Shown here piece after piece: positions 12,567 to 26,000 of a DNA stretch of 64,000 bases. The notes beneath the pieces were generated by a model, which saw only the letters and a program-made list of their open reading frames with translations, searched no databases and was not told the origin of the DNA. The position numbers and the translations under genes were made by a program. This stretch comes from Klebsormidium nitens (Eukaryota; Plantae; Klebsormidiophyceae). How positions within the stretch are numbered: the stretch's first letter is position 1; each line of letters starts with the position of its first letter. The stretch is from assembly GCA_000708835.1 (NCBI GenBank), contig DF237308.1:1-64000 (forward strand), given 5' to 3'.

Positions 12567-13623
12567 ATGGCCGAGCTGGAGAATTTGAGCGAGCTCTACT
12601 TCTTCAAGTCGCTCGTACTTTTTACGTATTTCTTAGCTGCCCTTGTTTTTGTGACGCTAACGTTTGTGACAGCACCGTATGGCCGCCATACCCGCATCAG
12701 TTGGGGGCCACGTATCAACGCACGGGTTGGCTGGATGGTCATGGAGAGCATCGCGCCTCTAACGTGCAGCCTTGTCTTTTTCAGGGGGGCACACAGTCAA
12801 GAAACCTCCCCTCTGCTACTGTACAGCATGTTTACTGCGCATTACTTGCAACGGTCAATAATCTACCCGCTACGGATGAGGCCTGGGAAAGGTGGCCGTG
12901 AAATGCCGGTGGTAGTCGCTCTGTTGGCTGGTCTGTACAACACTTGGAATGGCTACTTGCAAGGGCAGTGGTTGTCACACTTCGGCCACTACCCAAATGC
13001 TTGGGTTTCTGAACCATGTTTTCTGGCAGGTTTTGCTGTCTTTCTTGGTGGGATGGCTGTAAACATCACCAGGTAAGACGCTGGTAACTGGAGTGGTGGC
13101 GTGAGATTTTGCTCATAAGCGGGAGTGTTCGAGAGATTATGTTAGTCGTATATATGAGGGATCATAGCATCCAGTCAAAGAATGAGCGAAGCGCCAGTAA
13201 TTGCACTTTATCCCCATGTATCTGGGTCCACATTCTTACTTTCTGGGGGAGTTGTGATGATTGCAGAACTTGAATGTGGTCCTGTTGCATGTGTATTTTA
13301 TTCGGTGTATCTAAGCAGCTTGCTGAACCGGTCCTTTCTGATCCAGTGACAACAGCCTTCGGAGACTACGCACTGATCCAAGCAGTGAGTACAAGATCCC
13401 ACAAGGTGGCCTTTTTGAGTTTATCTCTTGTCCAAACTACTTTGGGGAGATTGTTGAGTGGTGCGGGTGGGCTATCGCGACTTGGTCGCAGAGTGGGCTG
13501 GCATTTGCTGTCTTCACCTTTGCGAATCTGGTACCTCGTGCCATCTCACACCACCGGTGGTACAATAGCAAATTTGAGAATTACCCTCGGACAAGATGTG
13601 CTGTCATTCCGTGTTTGTTGTAA
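12567..13623 (+). CDS. DET2: Steroid 5-alpha-reductase, DET2-like, ~260 aa, 2 exons
   Basis: Exons 12567-13072 and 13347-13623 (783 nt). Motifs TAPYGRH, GWMVMES, HYLQRSIIYPLR, NITSDNSL, YKIPQGGLFEFISCPNYFGEIVEWCGWA, NLVPRAISHHRWY; several hydrophobic TM segments; length matches plant DET2. Confidence 0.9.
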
Positions 13624-15002
13624 GATGTTGTTGACATCGCATGTTGAGGGTCGAATGCCACGGCATCATTGTGTACCGCTCTGGTGCTGGCACTTGCATG
13701 ATCCTGTTATACACAGTCGTTAGGGTAATTGCTTGGTACGTATTGATGAGAGGGCCATGACTTTCGATCTTAGCGGCTCAGTGCACAAAATCCGACAATA
13801 GAGGCTGCACCTTGACTGACACTGAGCTGTGTGGTCACCTGCACAGTCGCTCGGCAACTTGCATGGCACGTCGCAGCTGAGCGCCACACGCCGGTACATG
13901 ACATTCTCTATGACGAAGACTGCATAGCACATGCACATGCACGCTTTGGTGCACAAAATTACATGATGCTGCTAGCTTCATTTCATGCAGTGGATGCAAT
14001 GTTCGACTAGAGATGTGCCAGCACACACGGCGTGCTGTACGAATGGAAACAATTACATTGACAGCATTGAAGGCATGCCGCGCGATCGCGGCGGTACTGA
14101 GCTACAGCTAGGCATCTCTATACTTTCACTGCAAAATTTACCATGAAACTCGATTCGCACGGTGCTCTCTCTCTTACGATCTTCCTCCAATACAGCATAT
14201 AGCGCGCACAAGTGCATAGCCTGGGCCGCGCATGTCAAGGCATGTGCATCGATGCATGCAAATATATCGACACGTGTGCACAACTCATTAGTAGTACGTC
14301 TTTAGAATCAAAAACTCGTAAATAATGTCTGGAACCGTTAGATTCTCCAGGCATACGGCTTGACCGTGAATATGCACAAAACAGATTGATCAACGCAAAG
14401 CACACTTATCAAAGAACATGTGCATTTCGGGAGACTAGTAAGTGACGTTGGAAGACTGATCATGACCAGTGATAACTCTACATCATGTTGTTAAGGCTGT
14501 CTATCTATCCCCACTCTACCTACTCGAAGAAGCACAGGCTTATTAATGCAACCTTGCACGCTGTAGCACCAGCGATTGGTTATGAGCCAAACTTTGCAGC
14601 GAGGCCATGATTGCCAATGCAAGCATTCCCTTTGCTTCTTGGAAAGCAGCTGGCTTACTCTGCTGGCTGTGCTATGTGGAGTGAAGCCGGTACAGGCCTA
14701 GACAGAGTGACGCATATGGTGGCTCTACAGGCTTGCCCCCTACCTGGAAACGAAGCGGATACCTAGCATACATGAACGAGCCGACAAGGCCAATCTGCTC
14801 CCCCGAAAACGCTAACCAGACTTGATTTCTAGCTGCGCTGCAGCCCCAGTCCAAAAGCCGGGAGCACAACCTGGCTCCCTGAAACCAGACTGTTTCCTCC
14901 CCACCCCCACTCATGCCGCAGCCCCTCAGCGCAACACTGGCTGAGTGCATGACCCCGGAGCTCACCGGCTGCTGCAAGTGATGGGATGCTGCCCCCGCGC
15001 AA

Positions 15003-18000
15003 CTACAAGTTATACTTGAGCATCAGCTTCTGCTGCAGCGGCGGTTCCAGGGTAGCCCAGTAGTGGCCCCAGTTCTCTCCCAGCATCTGCAAGCACAACA
15101 GCCGGAAGTCATGCATGGGGCGCAGGTCACATACGGAAAGGAACGGTTGCATCGCTCGTCATCAGCTAAAAAATGGGTTGGAGAGGACCCGGAAATGCTA
15201 CGGGTGATAACTTGGGTCGGAAATGGTTAACTGTCAACAGGAAGGCTGCGACTTTGTCCATTCAAGTATGCTAACATCTGTTTTTCGAGGACTTCAAGAT
15301 CAAGGCGTCGTCTGGAAACCTACGACAGCGCACTTGTATGCTTCCCTTTGATCATGAATCACAGATAACCCGTGCTGCCCGGGTGTACGCCTCATCCAAA
15401 CCATTTATCAGACCTAGCCGCAGTAACACGAGTGAGGCACCCTTGACACCGGTACTCCAACAATAAAAAAGCTACTCTTGGCAGGGCGGGAGCGTGGGGC
15501 TGACCTGCTTAAAGCCGGCCAGAATCTGCGCGAGTTGTTGTCGCAGCTCCACGCTGTGGATCTCGTGCCAGCTGGCAATCGCCTCGCACATCTGCTTGAA
15601 CGACGGCAGCGCCCCGCTCGGGTTCAGCTGCACCATGGCGCACAGGCCCATGAACGCGTGCTCCTTTTCTATGTCGTCGCGGATACTGCAGACGAACGAA
15701 GGAAGGACGAGAACCACGTTAACGTGAAGACCAGCCGAAGGAAGGACAAAAGGGGTGGTGCTCGGAGGGTACTTAGAAGGGAATGAGGAAAAGGTAGACA
15801 ATCTAAATGAAAAAGGAAGCACATTTCCCGAGGAAGACCCCAGCGCACACACAAGCTCCGGCAAAGAGCACCCCAGTAGTGTAATTTCGCGGGCATACTC
15901 TGCTCCAACATCAATGAAGGGCCGGGGCTGCGGTGCTCACCTCCGGAGGGCTTTACACCAGTGCGCCACGAAGTGCTCCATGTGCGGCGCGACCTGCTCG
16001 GGCGCGATCCAGCCGAGGCGGCCCAGCGTGATGGCGCTGTTCTCGATCATGCTCTTGTTGAAGGCGCCGCCCTCGTGCTTCAGAATGGGCACCAGGCACC
16101 CCACCACCGGCAGCACGAACGGAACCACGTCCTCCCGCGCCTGGACAATGGGGGCATTCAACACGGTGCGTGAGCACAAGGTGCCCAACTTTGCTTCCGG
16201 CTCTTCGCCAAGCAGTGTGCACAACCTCCCCAACGACGTGTCCCGGCTCTGTTAAATGCCAAGGTCCAGCTATGTCTGCAGACTCCCACCTTCGGATGAG
16301 CGCAAGTATTGAAGAGCATCAATGGGCCCATGTACAAGCGTCCGTGCAAGGAGCGAGGCTCGTTCGCACTGTCGACGCTTGGAGAAGAGCTGCAAACAAT
16401 AAGGGGGATCTATATCAAAGTACCGGAAGCCTAATAAAGTGGGAGAACAACCTCCGCCGTTGTAGAACAACCTCACCTTAATCGACAGCTCTCCCACTGC
16501 CCAGCAAGCATTGTTCGCCCCCGAGATGTTCTCTGACGTCAAAACGTCTTGTTGCTGCAAAAGAGGGACCAAGTCAGCGGCAGTGCTTTATAAGCAGCGA
16601 GATGCCACTAAACTCCGCACAAGGTTCGCATGCTGAGCATTTGGGCCAACCACCTACAACCGATGCATCTTTGAACAGCAGCAGCTGCACCGATGTTGCG
16701 GCTTCGGTGTCCAGAAAAGCCGCAAAATGTCGGAATAGAGCCTCTCTACGGCTACCCGATACACACGCGCCTCAGCATCTATTCCGCCAACATGGATTGC
16801 ACACAATAGCAAAAGGTGGCGACTGACCAGCTGGGCCGTGGCGAGGTTAAGGAAGTCTGCCAGCCGCGGCTTCAAATGCACAACGCAGGACTGCACGCAA
16901 GACACGAACAAGCACCGGGTCAGCACGCAGACACGAACACCCCAACGCAATAGCGAAGCCCAACTACACCCATAATCATGAGAGACCAAGTGAAACGGCC
17001 TTCACATGCGACCTGCATCGACGTTTGCTTACAGCTGCAGAACAAGACATAAAAGGAAGGAACTGACAGAGACAAGGAGCTCATGTATCCTCCTCACTCT
17101 GCATCCAAAGAGTCCGGAGTTGAGCAACATAGGACGGCGCTCGTGCATGAAGGCTTAAGGTCTACCACCAGCAATCCTTAACTTGGCAACGACTCGCTTC
17201 AAAGTTTCCTCTTCGCCATCCTAACTGCCTGCAGACCGGGGCTGCACTTACAACGCAGGTGCCCTCGGTTTTCACGCTTTCATTCCGGACAGGTTAAGTG
17301 ATCCTAGCTGACGCGTTTTTTGACTGTCGCAACTGTGCGGCCTGCCCGCGGCTCACCTTTGCAAGATCTCCCAGCAGGGCAAACGCACTCTGCCGAACGT
17401 CGGGCGCTTCGTCCGCACAGCACGCCAGGAGCAGCTCCCGTAGGTCGGTGCGGCCCACCTGCCGAGCAGGGTAAAAGAACTTATCAGCAGGACGCACATG
17501 AGGAGATGGCAACCCCTTAAAAAAGAACAGCAGACAGACACTAGCGGAGGACTGCAATGCCAATTAGCCTTTGATAAGTACGAGCTCGATGACACTAGGA
17601 AAACAGTCAACATGTCAAAATACAAAACCACTCCACGGAGATGTTAGGCCGAAGTCAACCCGCTTCCGCTTTCACTTCTTGCGAGGGTCCACTGCACGAC
17701 AAAACAGGGAGAAGGACTCACAAGCGACTCGATGCTGGTGCCCAGCCCCTCGGCCAGGCCCGAGAGCAGGTCCAGGGAGCAGACGACAAACTCCTTGTCG
17801 TAGTCTTTCCCCGCGGCAGCCGCGTCCGCCTGCACGGAGTGGCAAATCTTGAGTATGCCACCAAAGTGGGCGGTCCAAAAAGACGGACTGTTCATGCAAC
17901 CGATGCCCATCTTTCGAGAAGGATGTCAAGCCCTGCGCTTTGTACAACCGTTCACAGGAGCTTTGCCGGCAGTGGAAAAAGGGTATCACCAGCCAGCCCG

Positions 18001-21000
18001 GCTGGCCCCGCTACCCGTCGATTCCGTGTCCTTCCCTTACGAAGGAACGCTTACAACTTATTGCTTATGGCTGGCAAAGCTTGCTGGGAATGAGACATTC
18101 AACGAGGAGCTCTGACCGACAAAACGCTTGACAGTGACCGTTCTTCGAAAGATACTACGCAACCAGTGGCAACAGGTCTGCCCATCAAGCAACAGACGAC
18201 AACCATATTCGCTGTAGAGCTACTGAAGTAACGACGCCTTGCGACTACCCAAGCATAACCTCCAAACCGGATCAGCAGCAACAACCAAGCAATAAAATTG
18301 CCGCCCATTCCGTACTCGTTTGAAGAGCATTTTTCTCGCAGACCCCGCCTCACCTTGGCCACGGCCTGCTGGCGAATGAGGCTGAGGCAGCGCTCAAAGA
18401 CGGGCTCCGCGTAGGGCGCGAAGGCGGGCCTGAGCGCTTGGGAGATGGAGGTGAGGCACTCGAGGAGGGGCAGGATGTCCTTGTCGCTGTCCGCCAGCTG
18501 CTGCCACTTGGCGACCAGCGGCGGCATCATGATGTCCAGCAGCGCGGGCTCCGCCAGCTCGCCGCCCACCACGTCGGCCAGGGTGCCGATTGCGTCGTAC
18601 AGGATGCGCAGGTTCTTTCGCTGCCGGGCGGAAGCGGAGGTGCAGTGTGAGCAAGGGAGTGGCTCGGGATCATTTGAAGGTACTTACTTTCCTGGGCCAA
18701 GACGGTGTCTCTGATCCATGGTGGAGAAGAAGAATGTAAGTAGTATTTGGCAGCAGCAGCAAACGCCCATGTGCAACGTTTGAGGGCGAAAGCACAGAAG
18801 CAATCAAGGACTCGAGCGCGGCCGGTTCATAACTTCTTCGACAGAAACAAAGGCATCGAAAGACATGACTGCAAAGCACGACCTTATCAAGCGCTAGCAA
18901 GACACACAAAGTGACCATCGGCAAACCCTATCTTTTGGACAACAACCATCTCGAAGTCAACCACCTTGGTGCCACTCGGCTTGGTCGAGAAGCAGCCACA
19001 GCTAGACATACGAAAAGACCGTATTGAACCCGTTTAGAACGCCATCCATCTCGAAAGTCAAGCCCCCGGACCCGTTTCAACCAGAAGCCGCTTCGACCAT
19101 CAAGCAACTAGAGTGTAACAGTTCGACATCCACCGAAGCTGCCCTCCCTGCCGGGTGCGCTCACATGATACTTTTGCAGTGCAAACATGAGGTGCTTCAG
19201 GATGGGCTCCAGCCGCGCCCCCAGCTCCTCCCCGGCCTCCTCTTCGAGCGTGGCAAACGAGGAGCACGCCGCCTCCTGCACCCGCTTGTTGGTGTCCAGG
19301 ATGCGTTGCAGCAGGCCCATCATGATGCCCTCCAGCTGCGCCTGCTCCCCACTGTCCTGGGCAGCCTGCACACGGGGGACATGGGACTTTGGACGGTGGC
19401 TAAGGCGTCCTTCATTTTCAAACACCGGACACAGCATCTGAAACACCTTGCCAAGACTGTGCAGAGGTCCAGGGGTAGAAGTAAGTTACTCAGATCAGGT
19501 TGCCTTGAGTTGCCTCAGCGACGTCGCGACGATTTCTGTGGCGGACAACGATCATACACAAGGCGCCGTTGGAATGATGAACGGGTTCTTGAACAAAAGC
19601 TACGAAGGACCACCAGCACAACAGCCCCCGGCCCGAAGGACAATCCCGAGTCTCACACGCTGAGGGAGCACGAGCAGCTGCGGAAAATGTATCTCAAGAT
19701 TCACTTGGCGGGTCATGCTGCGCCAGCGTGATGGGCTGACCTTAACGACCCAGCGGCTGTAGCGCGAGAGTGTCCAGCAGGTGATGCTGCGCACGAGCGG
19801 CTGCTTGTCCTCCAGCATGGGCAGCAAAAATTGCACCATCTGCAGCAACGAGAACGGCATGATGCTTCTGTCGTGTATAGAAAGTTGGACCCCGGAAAAC
19901 TTGCATCATGCCAACACCTTCTTCGCTTTGTTCACCCGGCAAGAAGAACGTTTGACCAATAGAAGATTTGTCAGCACAGAGATCCCCAGATAGAAGTGGA
20001 GACTGAGGAAAGACCTTACTTCGACCCAAGTGATCAACAGACCTCGGTCAGAGCAAGACTGATCAACCTTTTGCCATTCTAGACAAAAGCAAGCCGACGG
20101 TGAGTGTCGATACTGGACTGGCCACTGGTCACCGCAAAACACACGGTAAGCCCTACTCTTTGCTGCTTAACTGTGTCGAACAACCTGTATATGGGTCACT
20201 CCGACAGCACAGCGTCAAACCCCTAGAACATCTGCCACCACCCGCAAAGGGGATCCCCGTTCAATTGCAATGAACAGAACTCGGAAGTATCGAGCATAAT
20301 ATGCTGCCAACTTACGAAATTCGCTCCTGGCTTGCAAATCACAAACATCGGGACCCAAACTTCAAAGGCAGAAAAGCCTATCCTGCCCACCTGGCTGAGG
20401 TGTGGCAGCAGCCCCGTGATGGACCCCTCCGCGATGGCCCCCATGGCCAGCACCCCGGCCTCCCTCTCCTTCCACTGGTCCTCGCTCGTGCTGCCCAGCC
20501 GCGCCTGCACCAGCGGCATCAACACCGGCAGCAACTCGTCCCCAAACGTCGTGCTAAGTGTATCCAGCCCCGCCGCACTGCATTTCCTCAGGTTCCATAC
20601 ATTGACAATGTCCTCTTCCTCTTCTAACTCCTCCGCACCGTCTGCCGCGCCCTGCACCTTGGAGTGGTGGAAGAACGGCTTGATGTCTTCTTCCCTATCA
20701 GGCACCGTTTCCTCATCATCCTCAATCGACAGCACCGCCTCGTCATCATCCGCGTACTCCATGTTCCCCAGCAGGACCCCCATGAGCCGCGGCAGAAACT
20801 CGCGCAGCTGGTCCATGGGGAGGTGCGCCTCGCAGAATGCCGACCAGAACTCGGAAGCCTCGAGTGCCACTTCCGCGTCTGTGTCCTGCGACGCCGCCAG
20901 CATGTACTCAATCACGCTCCGCATGTGCGGCACCAGCGCGTCCGGCTGCACCTCGAGAAGCGACACCAGCCCCGCGCACACGAGCTTGCGCACGTCGCCC

Positions 21001-22178
21001 GCTGTGTCTGTCGCCAGTGCAAATAACCCCTGGAGGTACGCATCCAGGTTGACCTGCAGCGCCGGCGGCATAGACAGTACAAACTGGTTCACCGTACCGA
21101 CCGCGAGCTTCCGCAGGGACGCGTGCGGGCTGGCAAAGAGCGCGATCAGGCTTGGGAGGAATGCGTCGACGGGCTTCTGCGGCAGCCCCGGCACCTCGAC
21201 GTCCATCTGCAGGGGGTCCTCCTCGCAGATCTTGTACAAACTGTCAAGGGCGCCCTCCATGGCATCCGGGGCCCCACTTTCTAGGCACTGCGCGAGACCC
21301 GCCCATAGCTCGGGCCAACTGGCGGGGCCGCTGTGCTGCACGAGCACGCTGATCACCGTGCCGACCACGGAGCGCAGGTGCCGGTCGGGGCTACCGATGA
21401 GGGGCAGGAGCTGTCCCTTGATGTAGTGCTGAAAGGGGGGGGGGATAGACGAGTAGCCCGACTTGAGGTTGTTCTTCAGAAGCAGCCCCGCAGACTGGCG
21501 CACCTCGACGGCCTTGCCCTGCTGCAAGAAAAAGGCAGATGAAGGGCTGAGAACCACTCTGTGTTCTGCTGCTCGTGCCGTAGTGAACATTTTAAAAAGG
21601 CAACCGCTGGTTTTGTAATGACAATGCGCAGAGGCTGCTGTTGACGGTGACAGGCTGCAGTGCCCCTTTGAAGGTGGTATGGCCGTTCAATCCTGAACGC
21701 AATGAGACTTGGGCTGCCTAGCCTGAACAAGAGACAATACAAGGAGTGTAGTATGGTAAAGCATTCAAGAAGATTGCTGAATGACACAACTGATTGAGTT
21801 AAACAAGCATTGTGCTCTCAATGGCGTAAATGGAAATGGTATCTTCTTGGACAAAATGATGGCAGGGTGTCATCAAGCCCAGTTAATTGTCAAGATGTCA
21901 CCGCTACAACCAGTTGGGAATGGTTGATAACAGACAAACTGGGACTACCCGCCACCAAAATAGTTTCTAAAGCCCAAAGAGTGCTAGGAAGAGGAAGGAC
22001 ATATTCTCACGTCTGCATGGGTGAGGATGTAGGTAAGATAGTTGTTGAAATCTGGGTACTGGCTGCATTTTTGCAGCTGCATGAAGATGGCCTGCTGGTC
22101 CACCCCTGGCTGCAGGTACTCATGCAGCAGCTGACAAATTTCCCGCACCCCATCCTGATTTGGTTCCCAACTCGCCAT
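15003..22178 (-). CDS. TRN1: Transportin-1 (importin beta-2 / karyopherin beta2), ~892 aa, 12 exons
   Basis: Exons 22178-22011, 21518-20391, 19839-19741, 19365-19165, 18620-18354, 17829-17722, 17458-17357, 16890-16828, 16554-16477, 16140-15941, 15685-15505, 15086-15003 (2679 nt). Motifs [10 protein letters not shown], acidic H8 loop [10 protein letters not shown]...[60 protein letters not shown]. Confidence 0.96.
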
Positions 22179-23000
22179 GGCAAGCGCCCCTCCAAGAAAT
22201 GCTGCTCACTTACATCAAGAGAGACAATCACATGCTGACAGACATGCGCTAGATGAAGTGAAAATGTATGATCTGCCCAAGCAGAGCTGAGCTGCTCAAA
22301 ACCTAAAGACTGGGAGGAAGTCCCTGCGACAGAAACGCTCTCAATCTATACCTTGTATGCGCTCACGCTCAGTCCAACAAGTTTGGTTTGCAGAATACAA
22401 AGAGGACAAACGGAACTCTATATTTTTGCGCTCACAGCAAGTGGGAAGGATCCTCATGAGTTTCGACACCTTCCTGGCGTTTGATCACAGCGGGGCCGTC
22501 TGATTGCGCCCTGCTTCAGAGCTTGGAAGTGCGATTGCTGACTACGGCTTGCGTCCTCAAATGTTGTCTTCAGAAGCCCTTCAACTTTGTGATACCGAAC
22601 TTCAAGTTCAACTTCAACAAGCTCAGGACTCCTTGTTGCCGCCAACCGGTCAATAATGGGTTAAAGATAACCTGGCTTCAGCTTCAACAACAAGGCAAAC
22701 AGCGTAAACCTAGCCCATCCTCCCGCATGACCCTGCTGTAGGTTGCGCGGAAAATGCGCTTGATAGACGCCCGCATCATGGAGCTAACGTCGTCTTCCAG
22801 CAGATTGTGGTTAAATAGAACGTACAAGGTGAAACCTCAGGCTCAAGTAGGTACAAGGAAGGCCTTGAAATTTCTGAAAGCTCGTGATGACCCTCTGCTC
22901 GCAATTGCAAACCTGCTCGCAAACTGTGCATGGGGGTAAAGTCCTAGGTGGGGCAGGCGGCCTGTTTGCTGTGGCGAGTGTGGAGCAATAAGGTTTAGAG
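22179..23000. promoter_or_regulatory. Putative bidirectional promoter TRN1/TIC40
   Basis: 822 bp separate two divergent start codons. Confidence 0.5.
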
Positions 23001-26000
23001 ATGGCTTCATCGTCTCTGCTGAGGCAGCGTCTACTTTGCGGTGGTTCTTTAGGTCTCCATTTAGCTCGCAGCAAGGAGAGACTTTGTTCTGCGACAGGCG
23101 CACAATGGTTTCATTCACAATGCTACCGCTCGACTGGGCTTCCTTTCCTGTTGGGACGGCAACCTCGCAGGCATCGTGCCGGGGTCATCTCGATGGACGG
23201 AGGCGCTTCAAAAGCAAAACGTCAGAGCACTGCAGCTACCGCCGGTGGCGAAGCTGAGCCCGACCACTCGCTGAGAAGCAGCATTGCGTCCAGGGCTGGC
23301 GAGGCCCCTGCAGAGGAGGCACTGGAGGAACAGGAGACAGAGGGCATTGCGGAAGAGGAAGATTATGAGGAGGAGGTTGTAATTGTCCAGCGGCCGGTGC
23401 GGCAGCGCAACGGCGCCAGCTACCAGGCATCCGTGCGCCAGGAAGCGGTCCCGTCGCCGCCCAGTTCGAGTTACCCAGGGTCTCCTCTTTTCTGGGTTGG
23501 AGTGGGAGTTGCGCTTGCAGTTGCTGGGTCTTGGATCGGGGGCAAGGTGAAAGAGCAGGCCGTGAACGCGGCCTGGAAGGCGATGACGAGTGGTGCTGGT
23601 AATGGCGGGCAGCCCGGCTTCAATCCGATGGGGGGACCCGGATCGAATCCTTTCGGCATGCCCGGAGGTGCCGGCCCAAACCCTTTCAACTTCCCTGGCA
23701 TGCCCCCGATGCCTCCGCCACCGTCTGGGCCCCAGCCACCTAAGGCAACAGTTACAGATACAACGGCGACCCCCGTGCAACCCGCACCTAAAGCAAAGCA
23801 GCCTGCAACCCAAGCTGCACAACCCGCTGCAGCTGCTAAGGCCGAGGAAAGCACCGTCAAGCCCAAAAGAGGTATGCGGAGTCAGGGATGGTTGTGTTCG
23901 TATTTCCTTGGATGCACCGGTTCAGTCTCTCGTCCGTTGAGAGTTGTCCCTCTGCAAGTGCTTTTCCAAATTTACAGATGGGAGTGCCTAGCAATCGCGG
24001 AACGATGATTTTATTAGCTTTCCTGCATTGCTCTGAGCATATTCTGCTTGGGCCTTGGGGCATTCTTATACTGCCGGTGAAAGCTGAGCAGCTTTGTTAT
24101 ATTTGCAGCTTCCTTCAGAGATGTCAATCAGGAAGAGCTGAAGATAGAGGAGCAGAAGATCAAGGAGGAGCCCACGCGGGCAAACTTCCAGGAAGCTGAG
24201 GTTGGGCCTCTGCTCTGAAATGCTCTGCATGGTGGCAAAATACGCGTCGATTTTAACAGATTGGTTCGTAGCATGGAGCTTGTGAACCGTGAGAAAGAGC
24301 CTGTGGCCTTGATTGAGTACCAGACAACTTCCAAGCAACGGGCTTGTCCTGGAAGGAAAGTGATTGTTTTCGTTCTCTACCAGGCAGCATGATACCAGAA
24401 ACTTGAGAACTTTACCAAATCGGATGCGGCACTTTGGGAAAACAACCTCCGGTCGCTGAACCATTGATGGTTTTAGAGCGGCACATTCAGACACCTCAAC
24501 TTTTGTTTGCACGCTGTTGATGCCTGCATCAGGTGACGCAAGGACGATAGTCGGTGACAATCATGTGTGTGCAGGTGATCAACGAGGGGACGAGCACGAG
24601 CGGTGGCGCAGCCTTTGGCTCAGGTGAGTGCATTGGGCCCCGCGCCAGTAAAGTCCTGACAGAGCCGCATCATGCTACATCTCCGGTTTGACGAAATAAC
24701 TGTGATGTTTTCTATCTATGTTGTTGTCATGGCAATCATTGGGATCGAGCAATGGATACAAAGCGAGTTCAGAGTCTGGCACTTTTTGGCCCAGGTGCCT
24801 CTGGCTCGAACATGACGGTCGACATGCTGGAGAAGATGATGGATGACCCCATGGTACAGCAAATGGTCTACCCGTAAGTACTGCTCCTTCCTGAGTCTTC
24901 TTCTGACCCCTCTCTGTGTGACAGACGCTTGTATGAACAAAGCTACGGCTTCTTTTGAACAGATTCGACTGTTTCGTCTTCCGTGCAACTTTTGATTTGT
25001 CTTAGCCTTATCTGGTTTGTCCAACATCGAAGTAACGGAGCACATGTTGCTCACAAATCAAAAATTGTGACCGGTCGGTTGGGTGGGTGGACTCGCAGCT
25101 ATTGACACACTTCTACATGCAGGCACCTTCCGGAGGAGATGAGAAACCCGGAGACATTCAAATGTGAGTCCCTGAGAGGTTTGACAGCGTGGTCAACCTT
25201 TTCTTTGGCAGTTCAACGATTGCTGGCATGACGAAGAGACACTGGACCAATCTTTTGCACGTTTTCTTCCTTTACTCCTTCCATGCCCTGCCCGCAGGAG
25301 TCAGTGAAGCCACCTCAGATGCATAGCAACTGAAAGTTTGGCCTATTTCCCAGTACCTGTACTCTTATTGTCAACACGCATGCTGGCGTGGCCTTTGGTT
25401 CTTTCTGCTGACTAAAGGGGGGTTTGCTCATGTAGGGATGATGCAACACCCAATGTACCGGCAGCAGATGGAAGAAATGCTGTGAGCAACACCCTCTTCC
25501 TAGGGCCCCTGCCCCTGCAGCTCTCCTTGTTCCCCTTGTTTTCCAGTGAATGACACACGAAGCATCTAAACTAGCTGCCCCTTGTTGTAATTGTTTGTGG
25601 AGCTTAGGAGCTAAAGTCCCTTAGAGTTCAAGAAACACGGACCTCCTGCCGTATTGTCCCTGGTCGTTGCTCGTAAAGACCAGAGACGTTTTTAGACCAG
25701 TGTTTTCAAGTGCATTGAAGTGTGGTCACCGTGCTGATGTGGTCCAGTTCGAACATCGGAGGCAACGAGCAGCTTATGAAAGGCCTCGACATAAACAGCC
25801 CGGAAGTGAAGGAGCAGTTCGGTGAGGATCATGACATTACCCTCGGCGTCCTGCCTTTCTTTTATGTAGCATGACTCAGATTGACCAACTTGTAGTTGAT
25901 TCTGTGGAGGACGAGGAGTTCGTTCAAGCGAATTGCCAGAGTGAGCGAAAAAGTGACTACTGCTTGAAGTCACTGAAGAGGAGAGAGTCCCATTGCTGCT

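Noticed and set aside
19024-19731. 235-aa plus-strand ORF
   Set aside because: Spans transportin introns and exon 4 in antisense; no coherent protein features.
20332-21426. 364-aa plus-strand ORF
   Set aside because: Exact antisense shadow of the GC3-rich transportin exon 2; Ser-rich, no family motif.
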